64,000 bases of DNA, taken from Clostridia bacterium. Its GTDB lineage: Bacteria > Bacillota > Clostridia > Christensenellales > Borkfalkiaceae. Of the stretch, positions 1-8,286 are shown one piece after another. Position 1 is the first letter of the stretch. Every line of letters begins with the position of its first letter. The position numbers and the translations under genes were made by a program. The notes beneath the pieces were generated by a model. That model ran no database searches and was not told where the DNA came from. It worked only from the letters and a program-made list of their open reading frames with translations. The stretch covers positions 20,896 to 84,895 of the forward strand of contig JAFTPQ010000008.1 in assembly GCA_017463205.1 (NCBI GenBank), in the 5' to 3' direction.

Positions 1-1
1 C

Positions 2-262
2 AAGAAAAACCCTATCTACCGTATCGTGGTTGTTGACAGCAGAAAAGCTGCGACGGGCGAATACATCGATTGCGTTGGGCATTACAGACCCACCTGCGAT
101 CCCGTAGAATTGGATGTGAACGCAGATCTTGCAAAAGCATGGCTTGCAAAAGGCGTACAACCCACCGAAACTGTAAAGAATTTGCTTGTAAAAGCAGGTG
201 TTGTGGAAAAGAGCAACAAGCTCAGCCCTTCCAAGACCAAAGGCAAAAAGTCGAACAAATAA
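2..262 (+). CDS. rpsP: 30S ribosomal protein S16, 5' end cut by the window edge
   Basis: Frame 2 from nt 2 reads KKNPIYRIVVVDSRKAATGEYID..., the conserved S16 core. The ORF track begins only at an internal GTG (26). TAA stop at 260-262. Confidence 0.9.
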   Translation, partial: KKNPIYRIVVVDSRKAATGEYIDCVGHYRPTCDPVELDVNADLAKAWLAKGVQPTETVKNLLVKAGVVEKSNKLSPSKTKGKKSNK

Positions 263-372
263 GCCGTTTCCCGCAGTGGGAAAAACCGCATTTTCGTGGC
301 TTGCGTCTGCGCCGTTCGTTTGCGTAGACGTTGGGCTATATTGACTATACAGGAAAACAGGAGGCATTGTAT

Positions 373-642
373 ATGCTGGATTTAATTAAATACATTGTCG
401 GACAGTTTGCGGAAGACAAAGAAAACGTCGAATACGTAGTGGAAGAAAAAGACCGCATTATCGAAGTGACGGTTGTTCTTTCTCCCTCGGATATGGGTAA
501 AGTGATCGGGAAACAGGGCAAAATTGCCAAGGCGATGCGTACCATCGTTCGCGCGGCTACCCCTGCAAGCAGTAAGAGATACGTGATCGAAATCCGTGAA
601 AAGGGCGGCGACGCGGTAGACGTGGATATGTCAGCCGAATAA
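373..642 (+). CDS. KH-domain RNA-binding protein (YlqC/UPF0109 type)
   Basis: Contains the VIGKQGKIAKAMRTIV KH motif. GGAGG lies 8 nt before ATG 373. Position between rpsP and rimM is the usual one. Confidence 0.8.
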   Translation: MLDLIKYIVGQFAEDKENVEYVVEEKDRIIEVTVVLSPSDMGKVIGKQGKIAKAMRTIVRAATPASSKRYVIEIREKGGDAVDVDMSAE

Positions 643-708
643 AGACGCATCGATACAAGCAGACGCATGTTTTTTTGTTTGCTTGTAGGATATCTTAAGC
701 GCACAATA

Positions 709-736
709 AAAGGCTTTTTTGCAAAGCCTTTTTTTA
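709..736 (+). terminator. Intrinsic terminator-like hairpin between the KH gene and rimM
   Basis: Perfect 9-bp stem AAAGGCTTT/AAAGCCTTT with a 5-nt loop, running into a T tract. Confidence 0.55.
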
Positions 737-756
737 CGCTATGGGAAGAAATGCGT

Positions 757-775
757 GGGGCAGGTATGCGTTGAA
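757..775 (+). repeat. Dispersed 19-nt motif GGGGCAGGTATGCGTTGAA, 19/19
   Basis: Exact copy in the KH-rimM intergenic region, followed by tgt and then A6. Confidence 0.95.
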
Positions 776-828
776 TGTAAAAAATGCAAAAAAACCGTTA
801 GCTTTTTTTGCGCAAAAAGGAGTGCTTT

Positions 829-1329
829 ATGGACCGTTTACTGATAGGGGAAGTGTTAAAACCCCAAGGGATCAGAGGCGAATTGAAGGTGAAAACGTTT
901 ACGGACACGCCCGAAGACGTAAAAGCGTTTGGGACGGTGTACATCGACGACAAGGCGTATAAAATTTTGTCTTTTCGCGTCGGGCCGGACGGCGCGGCGT
1001 ATATGGGTTTGCGCGGGATCCCCGACAGAAACGCAGCCGAATTGTTCCGTGGGAAAAAGTTGGAAGGCGATCGTGAAGACGCGCCGCCTTTGGAAGAAGG
1101 TCGCTATTATATCGTCGATATCATCGGGCTTTCCTGCGAAACGGAGGAAGGCGAATTTTTGGGTAGAGTGAAAGATATCAAAAATCTTTCATCCGACGTA
1201 TATACCATTGAAAAAGACGGCAAAGATATTCTTTTTCCCGTTGTGAAAAACGTGATCAAGCATATCGATTTGGAACAGGGCAAAGTCATTTTAGACAAAG
1301 CGGTGTTCGACGAAATTGCCGTGATGTAA
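829..1329 (+). CDS. rimM: 16S rRNA processing protein RimM
   Basis: N-terminus LLIGEVLKPQGIRGELKV and a PRC-barrel C-terminus. AAAGGAG RBS before ATG 829. Follows rpsP and the KH gene. Confidence 0.9.
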   Translation: MDRLLIGEVLKPQGIRGELKVKTFTDTPEDVKAFGTVYIDDKAYKILSFRVGPDGAAYMGLRGIPDRNAAELFRGKKLEGDREDAPPLEEGRYYIVDIIGLSCETEEGEFLGRVKDIKNLSSDVYTIEKDGKDILFPVVKNVIKHIDLEQGKVILDKAVFDEIAVM

Positions 1330-1343
1330 AAGCAAAAGAAAAA

Positions 1344-1376
1344 CTCTTCCGTAGATGGCTTCGGAAGAGCTTTTTG
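1344..1376. terminator. Bidirectional intrinsic terminator (rimM / thiT convergent)
   Basis: Stem CTCTTCCG/CGGAAGAG flanked by an A run on the 5' side and a T run on the 3' side. Confidence 0.65.
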
Positions 1377-1402
1377 CCTTTTTTCGGCAGAAGAAAAACA
1401 TT

Positions 1403-2101
1403 TTATTTTTTACGTTTCATAAGAGCGGTCAATTTATGCAAGACGCCCGATTTTGTCAAAAATATCAATACCATGGTTGCGATCACCGCATCTAACGGGA
1501 TATAAACGCATTGATAAATGAAGGAATAAAGCAGAGCGTTTTGCATTGCCCAGCCGGGGAGCGGATCCCATATCGCGCCTTCCAAAAAGAAGATGATACC
1601 CGACAGCCAATGGAAGAAAAATCTTGCGCAAAACACGCAGACGCAACCCAAAACGATCGGTTTCAGCGTTGGCTGTTCCTGTTGTTTTTTGCCGAAAAAT
1701 CCCATCAGCGCAACGGACGCAAACGGCAACAAATAATCGAGGATAAACGTTGCGGGCGTGAGGATATACGGCGATTCGATAAAGTTCAACAAACCGTGTA
1801 TCAAGCCCACGATCAATCCGTCGGCAACGCCGTATACGTACGCGTAGATCAAGATGGGTACAAAAGACGCAACGGTGATCGATCCGCCAAATTGCACAAT
1901 TTTAAATTTAAAAATTGCAAGGGCAAACGACATCGCAACGCAAATGCCCGCAAACGCCAGCTTGCGCGCGTCAAATTTTTGTTTGTTCAACAAACCGAGC
2001 AAGGCGATTGCGCCAAGTAGCACCGCCACTGCGCCGACGGAGATCCATTTGACGACGTTGGTGGCTTGTTCGCTGACTTCCAGCAGGGAATAAAGATACA
2101 T
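1403..2101 (-). CDS. thiT: Energy-coupling-factor transporter S component, thiamine type (ThiT-like)
   Basis: A 232-aa protein with about 6 predicted TM segments. AAGGAGG RBS. A TPP riboswitch lies upstream on the same strand. Confidence 0.75.
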   Translation of the reverse strand: MYLYSLLEVSEQATNVVKWISVGAVAVLLGAIALLGLLNKQKFDARKLAFAGICVAMSFALAIFKFKIVQFGGSITVASFVPILIYAYVYGVADGLIVGLIHGLLNFIESPYILTPATFILDYLLPFASVALMGFFGKKQQEQPTLKPIVLGCVCVFCARFFFHWLSGIIFFLEGAIWDPLPGWAMQNALLYSFIYQCVYIPLDAVIATMVLIFLTKSGVLHKLTALMKRKK

Positions 2102-2269
2102 AAAAACACCTCCTTGTGTACCGTCGCACGCGTTTTGAAAAAATAACGCCTAACGAAAGGATCAGCCTTTGTAAATCAAGACTTCCCGCGTAGGCGCAAA
2201 GATTTTTCTTATCGCAGACGGCAAACAAAAAGGAAAAAATTTTTTTGTCTGTCAAAAGGATATAAAACG

Positions 2270-2352
2270 GTTATCGATCTCTCGCTCAGGGATTACCCTG
2301 CCGATTCAAATGGTATAATCTCAGCCTTTTTCAAGGCACCCACGACGGATAC
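2270..2352 (-). promoter_or_regulatory. TPP (THI-box) riboswitch aptamer
   Basis: Minus strand reads GGGUGCC..GGCUGAGAUUAUACC..UGAAUCGGCAGGGUAAUCCCUGAGCG. This has the CUGAGA box and a GGGUAAUCCC hairpin typical of RF00059, and it sits upstream of thiT. Confidence 0.7.
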
Positions 2353-2438
2353 GTTCAATTGTGTTTTTATTATAAAACAAAACGGTACGTTTGTCAAACG
2401 TCTGAAAGAAAAAAATTGAAAAATAAGGGAAAAAATTT

Positions 2439-3023
2439 ATGCGTTACGATTTTTACGCCTATATGGACCGAATGAAATATATCAAGCGTTGGCAGTTGAT
2501 GCGTTCGATGCGAGATGAAAATATTATGGAACATTCGCATCAAGTGACGATGCTGACGCACGCATTGGTCGCCATTCACAATCAGCTTTTCGAGGAAAAA
2601 GCGGACGTTACGAAAGCGGTGTTGTACGCGGTTTATCACGAGGTGAGCGAAGTGATGACGGGGGATCTTCCCACGCCTATCAAATATTATAACCGCCAGA
2701 TCCGCGGCGCGTATAAAGAGTTGGAACACAGCGCGTGCGAAAAGATCGTCCAAACGTTGCCTGAAGAACTGCGAGGGGAGCTTGAACCGTATATTTTAGC
2801 GGAGGAAGATTGCATCGAATACGATTTGGTGAAAGCGGCGGATCGTTTGGCGGCATATATCAAATGCTTGGAAGAACTTCGTTGCGGCAACACCGAGTTT
2901 GCCAAAGCGAAAAAGAGCATCGAAAAAGATTTGCAGAATAGAAAAATGCCGGAGATCGACTATTTTTTCACGCATTTTATCAAATCGCTTTCCTTGTCGT
3001 TGGACGATTTGGAAGGTTTGTAA
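2439..3023 (+). CDS. yfbR: HD-domain 5'-deoxynucleotidase (YfbR family)
   Basis: Colinear with E. coli YfbR: RWQLMR..ENIMEHSHQV..YHEVSEVMTGDLPTPIKYYN..KAADRLAAYIKCLEEL. Confidence 0.8.
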   Translation: MRYDFYAYMDRMKYIKRWQLMRSMRDENIMEHSHQVTMLTHALVAIHNQLFEEKADVTKAVLYAVYHEVSEVMTGDLPTPIKYYNRQIRGAYKELEHSACEKIVQTLPEELRGELEPYILAEEDCIEYDLVKAADRLAAYIKCLEELRCGNTEFAKAKKSIEKDLQNRKMPEIDYFFTHFIKSLSLSLDDLEGL

Positions 3024-3231
3024 ATTTACGTTGCTGAAAAGGCAAAAAGCGCAAAAAAAACATAAAAAATAAAATTTATCACACAATTTTCAAAAAACGA
3101 TAAACGAATCAACGAAAACGTTGTGTATAATAGTAACGGCAATAGGAAATAATTGCGTATAGAAGCATCCGAAAAACGCTGTAACGTTGATGACGTTGAT
3201 CAAAAAAAATCGCGAAGGAGTTTTCAAGGAT

Positions 3232-4629
3232 ATGAAGGGATTGAAACGTATTGCTGCGGTGGTAAGCGCAGTGTTGATGCTGACGTCGATGACGGCGTGC
3301 GGATTGGAAGACAAAGTGATCAATGCATACGAGATCGCCGTTCAAAACGGCTTTGTCGGAACAGAAGCAGAATGGTTGTCCAGCTTGAAAGGCGCAAACG
3401 GTAACGACGCGCCTGCGTTGGATATCGACGAAGTGTATCAAAGCGCAGTGGCGCAAGGTTACGAAGGCACGTTTTTACAGTTTCTGCAAGAATATTTAAA
3501 AGTGGACGTTAATGAAGACAACGACACGAAGACGATAGCGGAAAATATAATGTCTGTCGTCAGCATTTATTGCAGTTTTACGCAGACGAAGACGGTCGGC
3601 GGTTGGTTGGGTACGCAAAACCAAACCACGTTGTACAGTTCGGCGGGCAGCGGCGTGATCATCGATCTTAACAAAGAGGCGGGAAACGCGCTGATCGTCA
3701 CCAATTATCACGTGATCTACGACGCAAACAGCGACACGAAAACGCATATTTCCGATTCGATTTATCTTTATACCTACGGCGCGTTGAATATGTTTTCGAC
3801 GACGACAGGGAAAGATGAAGGCGGCGACGGGATCAAAGCGACGTACGTTGGCGGCGCGATGGATTACGATATCGCTATTTTGAAAGTGGAAGGCAGCGAG
3901 TTTTTGAAAAACAACGACGTACGCGAAGCGGAATTGGGAGATTCGGAAACGGTGAACGTCGGTGAAAAAGTGTATGCGATCGGCAATCCCGACGGCGCGG
4001 GGATCTCGGTGACAGGCGGCGTGCTTTCGGTGGAATCGGAATATATCACGATGTCGTCTACGGACGGGATCGGCTCGGTGGATTATCGAGTGATGCGTAT
4101 GGACGCCGCAATCAATCACGGCAATTCGGGCGGAGCGTTATTTAACGCGGAAGGCGAACTGATCGGGATCACCAATGCGAAAAACGTGGAAGACAGCGTA
4201 GATAATATGGGTTATGCTTTGCCGATTACGCCCGTGCGCTATCTTTGGGACAATTTGTTGGATAACGGGGGCGTTGTACAACGCGCAATGTTGGGCGTCA
4301 ACGTAAAAACGACTGATTCCAAAGCGACGTATGAAGACGGAAAATTGACGATCACGGAAGAATTTGTTGTGGATTCGACAAAGATCGACAACGGAGCGGC
4401 GGCGTATAATAAATTGCAGTTCGGAGATATATTCAAAACGTTGACGATCATTCCCGCCGGGGAAACGGAAGGGAAAACCATGACGCTTACCCGTCGTTTC
4501 CAAGTCAGCGATCTGTTGTTGACGGTTCGCAAAGGGGATACGGTGGTGTTGACGGTGTTGCGTGACGGAACGGAAACGCAAGTGCGTATCGTATACGATA
4601 AAGACAGCTATTTTACGCAATATAATTAA
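3232..4629 (+). CDS. Secreted or lipoprotein trypsin-like serine protease (S1C/HtrA-like catalytic domain)
   Basis: Signal peptide plus lipobox (LTSMTAC). Catalytic motifs TNYHV, DYDIAILKV and GNSGGALFN. GAAGGAG RBS before ATG 3232. Confidence 0.75.
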   Translation: MKGLKRIAAVVSAVLMLTSMTACGLEDKVINAYEIAVQNGFVGTEAEWLSSLKGANGNDAPALDIDEVYQSAVAQGYEGTFLQFLQEYLKVDVNEDNDTKTIAENIMSVVSIYCSFTQTKTVGGWLGTQNQTTLYSSAGSGVIIDLNKEAGNALIVTNYHVIYDANSDTKTHISDSIYLYTYGALNMFSTTTGKDEGGDGIKATYVGGAMDYDIAILKVEGSEFLKNNDVREAELGDSETVNVGEKVYAIGNPDGAGISVTGGVLSVESEYITMSSTDGIGSVDYRVMRMDAAINHGNSGGALFNAEGELIGITNAKNVEDSVDNMGYALPITPVRYLWDNLLDNGGVVQRAMLGVNVKTTDSKATYEDGKLTITEEFVVDSTKIDNGAAAYNKLQFGDIFKTLTIIPAGETEGKTMTLTRRFQVSDLLLTVRKGDTVVLTVLRDGTETQVRIVYDKDSYFTQYN

Positions 4630-4807
4630 ATCTTTCGATTAGGTAAACAAGCAAAACAAGCGACAAAACAAAGTCGCAGTCGAAAGACGAAATGCCTTTT
4701 GGGGAAATAAAACAGATTATACCAACTTCTCTTTTATGTTTTTTTGTGGAAGGACGCGCTCCGTAACGATCGGATCGCGTCTTTTCGCGCTTTATGGCAA
4801 TGGACAC

Positions 4808-4836
4808 TTGACATTTGAAAGGAATTATAGTATAAT
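4808..4836 (+). promoter_or_regulatory. Sigma-A type promoter, TTGACA-N17-TATAAT
   Basis: Perfect -35 and -10 hexamers with a 17-nt spacer, 29 nt upstream of ATG 4865. Confidence 0.55.
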
Positions 4837-4864
4837 CATAAAGAACAGAAAAGGAGAAACGAGT

Positions 4865-5614
4865 ATGAGATCGGAGGAATTTATCACGTCGATCATGCAG
4901 ACGGCGAAGGATAATGAGAAATTTGAGGAAGTGCGCAGAAATATTCCTATCGGGAAAGACAGCGTAGGAAATATCGTGGTGGCGCAAAAGCGCAAGGGGG
5001 CGGTTTCGTTGCAACACACTTGCGTAACGGGCGCGCACCGCGTCGGTTTTATCAAGCGGTTGTTGATCACGCTTTCTTGTTTGTACGAACCGAGCGACGC
5101 TTGTTTTATGGTGTTGTCCCCTCGGCAATCGTACGGGGATTTGCTGCGGTTAAATCATATGGACGTCACTGTGCCTTATATACGTTCGAAGTCCGATCTG
5201 GCGTTGGCGAAAGATACCGTACGCGAATTGGCGCAAATGTATGAAACAGGCGCGCAAGGATATCCTAAATTCTTCCTTGTATTAGACGGGCTGGAAGAAT
5301 TGCCCGAATGTAACGAAAATAACGACTTTGCCGAATATCGGGAGTTTATGGATATCGCAATGCGGAAAAACATCGAAGTGATCAGCGGGATCGATTTGAT
5401 GAAAAGCATTTTCAGCGGTTATCCGGGGGCGTTTATCGGGATCGGAAATTGTTTGATCACGACGACGGAAAAGGGAAAGGCAGACGTGACATACGTCAGC
5501 GAGGATACGTCGCTCACCCGTCCTTTGCCGATGAATTATCCCGATCAGCCGACGGTGGCGGAAACGATTACGTTTTTAAATGCGTTGTCCCATTCTAACG
5601 AGGAAGGGGCATAA
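4865..5614 (+). CDS. Hypothetical protein resembling an FtsK/SpoIIIE ATPase core with a degenerate P-loop
   Basis: AAAAGGAG RBS before ATG 4865. VTGAHRVGFIKRLL sits where FtsK has GxxGSGKS, and FFLVLDGLEEL resembles Walker B. The track ORF from 4736 is a 5' over-extension. Confidence 0.55.
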   Translation: MRSEEFITSIMQTAKDNEKFEEVRRNIPIGKDSVGNIVVAQKRKGAVSLQHTCVTGAHRVGFIKRLLITLSCLYEPSDACFMVLSPRQSYGDLLRLNHMDVTVPYIRSKSDLALAKDTVRELAQMYETGAQGYPKFFLVLDGLEELPECNENNDFAEYREFMDIAMRKNIEVISGIDLMKSIFSGYPGAFIGIGNCLITTTEKGKADVTYVSEDTSLTRPLPMNYPDQPTVAETITFLNALSHSNEEGA

Positions 5615-5621
5615 GGCGTTT

Positions 5622-6719
5622 ATGAAAAAACGAAAAGGGAACTCCCCGCAAGACAAGGCGGAATTTGTGTTTCAACGCATACCTGCCCCCTTGCTTTTGT
5701 GGTATAGGCAGCACAAACGGGATCTGCCGTGGCGAAAAAATCCCACGCCCTATCGCGTTTGGGTGTCGGAGATTATGTTGCAACAAACGCGTGTGGAGGC
5801 GGTGAAAGAATATTATCGCCGTTTTATGGAAGTCTTGCCGACGGTGGCGGATCTTGCGGCGTGTGAAGAAGAAAAACTGCTGAAATTGTGGGAAGGTTTG
5901 GGGTATTACAGCCGTGTACGCAATATGCAAAAAGCGGCGAAGATCATCGTGTCGGAATATGGCGGCGAACTTCCCAAAGATTTGTCGACGTTAAAAACTT
6001 TGCCGGGGATCGGCAGTTATACGGCGGGCGCAATCGCTTCGATCGCATACGGAATGCCTGTGGCGGCAGTGGACGGAAACGTGTTTCGGGTTGCGTCCCG
6101 TTTGACGGAAGATCCCACGCCTATCTCTGCGCCTGCCTACCGAACGTATTTGGAAAACGCCTTAACGGCGGTGTATCCGTCGGCGGGAAAGGATTGCGCC
6201 GATTTTACGCAGAGTTTGTTTGAATTGGGCGCAACGGTTTGCAAACCGCAAACGCCCGATTGTGATAGTTGTCCTGTAAAAGCGTTGTGTCACGCGTATC
6301 AAAGCGGTACGCAAAGCCAATATCCCGTGATGCCTGAAAAAAAAGCAAAACGGGTGGAAAACGTTTGTGTTTTTTTGATCGAAACGCCGCAAGGTTTTTG
6401 TATTCGACGTCGGGAAGAAGGCGTTTTAAAGGGAATGAACGAATTTCCTTCCCGTGTTTTAGAGGAAGGGGAAACGGCGGAAAATATTTTAAACGAATGG
6501 GGCATGTACGAGTTTACGCAAGTAAAACGTAAAAATTATACGCATATTTTCACCCATATCCGTTGGAATATGACGTGTGTTTGGATACGGACGGAAAGCG
6601 CGCCGTTTGATGCGTACACGTATGATGAAATTTTGGAAACGGTGTCCTTGCCCACGGCGTTTAAGCAGTGTATGGACATTTTAAAAGAGAGTGTGCAACA
6701 GTTGCGGTTGGAAATATAA
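5622..6719 (+). CDS. mutY: A/G-specific adenine DNA glycosylase MutY
   Basis: WYRQHKRDLPWR, VSEIMLQQTRV, the HhH-GPD motif LPGIGSYTAGAIASIA, a Cys cluster CKPQTPDCDSCPVKALC, and a NUDIX-like C-terminus. Confidence 0.9.
   Translation: MKKRKGNSPQDKAEFVFQRIPAPLLLWYRQHKRDLPWRKNPTPYRVWVSEIMLQQTRVEAVKEYYRRFMEVLPTVADLAACEEEKLLKLWEGLGYYSRVRNMQKAAKIIVSEYGGELPKDLSTLKTLPGIGSYTAGAIASIAYGMPVAAVDGNVFRVASRLTEDPTPISAPAYRTYLENALTAVYPSAGKDCADFTQSLFELGATVCKPQTPDCDSCPVKALCHAYQSGTQSQYPVMPEKKAKRVENVCVFLIETPQGFCIRRREEGVLKGMNEFPSRVLEEGETAENILNEWGMYEFTQVKRKNYTHIFTHIRWNMTCVWIRTESAPFDAYTYDEILETVSLPTAFKQCMDILKESVQQLRLEI
5671..5689 (-). repeat. Dispersed 19-nt motif, 19/19, reverse orientation, inside mutY
   Basis: The + strand reads TTCAACGCATACCTGCCCC, the exact reverse complement. 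It encodes FQRIPAP in the variable MutY N-terminus. Confidence 0.95.
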
Positions 6720-6745
6720 AAGTAGGGCTGAAAAGAGGTCGATTT

Positions 6746-7201
6746 ATGAAAAAAGAATATAAACTCACTTTTGAAATGGTGCCTGAAGAATGTTGGTATG
6801 CCAATCTTCGCAGCGTGTTAAAGCCTGCCGATTGGGATCGGGTACGCCGCGACGCATACGCCCGTGCAAACGGCAAATGTATGATCTGCGGCAGACGCGC
6901 CACAAGGTTGGAAGCGCATGAAAAGTGGAGTTACGACGATAAAAAAGCGTTGCAAAAACTGGAAGACGTCGTGGCGCTTTGCCATGCCTGCCACGAAGTG
7001 AAACACATCAGCAGAACGCAGTTAATGGGCAGAGGCGCGGAGGCGGAACAACATTTTATGAAAGTGAACGGTTGTACGCAAATGGATTTTCACGCCGCGC
7101 TTGGGGAAACGAATGAAGAATACGTCAGAAGAAATAAAATAGAAAATTGGACGACGGATATTTCTTGGTTGGAAGGTCGGTTTGACATTACATTGTTTTA
7201 A
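6746..7201 (+). CDS. Small HNH-motif protein
   Basis: CMICG..LEAHEKWSY..CHACHEVKH fits an HNH / zinc-finger pattern. ATG 6746 follows the mutY stop. Confidence 0.55.
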   Translation: MKKEYKLTFEMVPEECWYANLRSVLKPADWDRVRRDAYARANGKCMICGRRATRLEAHEKWSYDDKKALQKLEDVVALCHACHEVKHISRTQLMGRGAEAEQHFMKVNGCTQMDFHAALGETNEEYVRRNKIENWTTDISWLEGRFDITLF

Positions 7202-7238
7202 AATTAATAATAGAAAAGAAGGATAGGAGAAAAAAAGT

Positions 7239-7859
7239 ATGAAAGTATTATTGGTAAACGGCAGTTATCACGAAAAGGGTTGTACGTATACGGCGCTTGC
7301 GGAAGTGGCGAAGGCGTTAAACGACAACGGAGTGGAAACGGAAATCTATCAGTTAGCGGGCAAAAAAATAGAGGGTTGCAAAGGTTGTTGGGCTTGTAAA
7401 AAGGCGAAACAATGCGTTTTTGACGACGGCACGGTGAACGATTTTGTGGCGAAAGCGGCAGAATTTGACGGTTTTGTATTCGGTTCGCCTGTCTATTACG
7501 CATCGGCGTCGGGCGCATTGATCAGCTTTATGGACAGAGTGTTTTACAGCGGCGGAAAGTTGTTGGCTTATAAACCTGCGGCGGCGGTGGTCAGTTGCAG
7601 ACGCGCGGGGGCAAGTACGACGTTCGACGTGATCAATAAATATTTTACCATCAACAATATGCCCATCGTTTCGTCCAATTATTGGAACGAGATCCACGGC
7701 AACACGGCAGAGGAAGCGGCGCAAGACGAAGAAGGTTTGCAAACGATGCGCGTGTTGGGGAACAATATGGCGTGGTTGTTAAAATGCTTGCGGCTTGGGA
7801 AAGAAGCGGGCGTCGAACCTGTAAAAGAACGCAAAGTGATGACGAATTTTATCCGCTGA
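7239..7859 (+). CDS. Flavodoxin-like fold NAD(P)H-dependent FMN reductase / iron-sulfur flavoprotein
   Basis: MKVLLVNGSYHEKGCT N-terminus with a CKGCWAC motif. GGAG RBS. TGA stop. Confidence 0.7.
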   Translation: MKVLLVNGSYHEKGCTYTALAEVAKALNDNGVETEIYQLAGKKIEGCKGCWACKKAKQCVFDDGTVNDFVAKAAEFDGFVFGSPVYYASASGALISFMDRVFYSGGKLLAYKPAAAVVSCRRAGASTTFDVINKYFTINNMPIVSSNYWNEIHGNTAEEAAQDEEGLQTMRVLGNNMAWLLKCLRLGKEAGVEPVKERKVMTNFIR

Positions 7860-7923
7860 TCGACGTAAACGAAAAACTGCGCCCCTAAAGCTTTTGGCGA
7901 TCGGGGCGTTTTGTTTCTTAATT

Positions 7924-8286
7924 GGGGCATTGTCCCTTAACCCCTTATTGGGTATTGATAAGGTTACAAGTTCCGATAACGAAAGATAGAAAGTCAAGGT
8001 CAAGTGGAACGCTTGCGGAACGTTGGTTGACTGCTGCGCAGTAGTGGCGCAAGCAAAGCTTGCTTAACTTGGGCTTAACTTCGCAAGGGCTTCCGCCCCT
8101 GCACCCTGACAAGAAACTGAGTTTCTTGACTTCCTGTTGGGGGGTGATACGGTTACAAGCTTCAGTAACGAAAGATAGAAAAGACATGATCCAACGGAAC
8201 GTTGGCGGAACGCTTGCGGAACGTCGGTTGGAGAAGACGGAATACGGTTTTGTTGTGCAAGAAAAAATTTTACAAAACTTTAACAA
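7924..8286 (+). repeat. Modular intergenic repeat, copy 1 (cassette order P-U then B-U)
   Basis: Long near-identical blocks shared with 12147-12452: 7924-8026 matches 12338-12441, 8031-8146 matches 12147-12260, and 8265-8286 matches 12431-12452. Confidence 0.85.
8196..8223 (+). promoter_or_regulatory. Three GGAACG direct repeats at exact 11-bp phasing; candidate OmpR-family binding site
   Basis: GGAACG at 8196, 8207 and 8218. Pairs with the same phasing occur at 8006/8017 and 12420/12431. Confidence 0.35.

Noticed and set aside
757-775. Interpreting the motif as a sigma-54 promoter (GGCA...TTG) or as a sigma-A -35 box (TTGAAT)
   Set aside because: The GG-to-GC spacing is off by 2-3 nt from the -24/-12 consensus. 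No consistent -10 element follows at 17 nt. Several copies lie downstream of genes or inside CDSs.
741-962. A 73-aa + strand ORF starting in the KH-rimM spacer and running into rimM out of frame
   Set aside because: It has no RBS, it overlaps the well-supported rimM frame, and it begins inside the hairpin/motif spacer.
4736-4864. The 5' extension of the 4736-5614 ORF (and similar extensions at 3187, 5580, 6668, 16471-17667 and 36035)
   Set aside because: Internal ATGs with canonical GGAGG-type RBSs, and in one case a perfect promoter located inside the extension, indicate shorter true genes.
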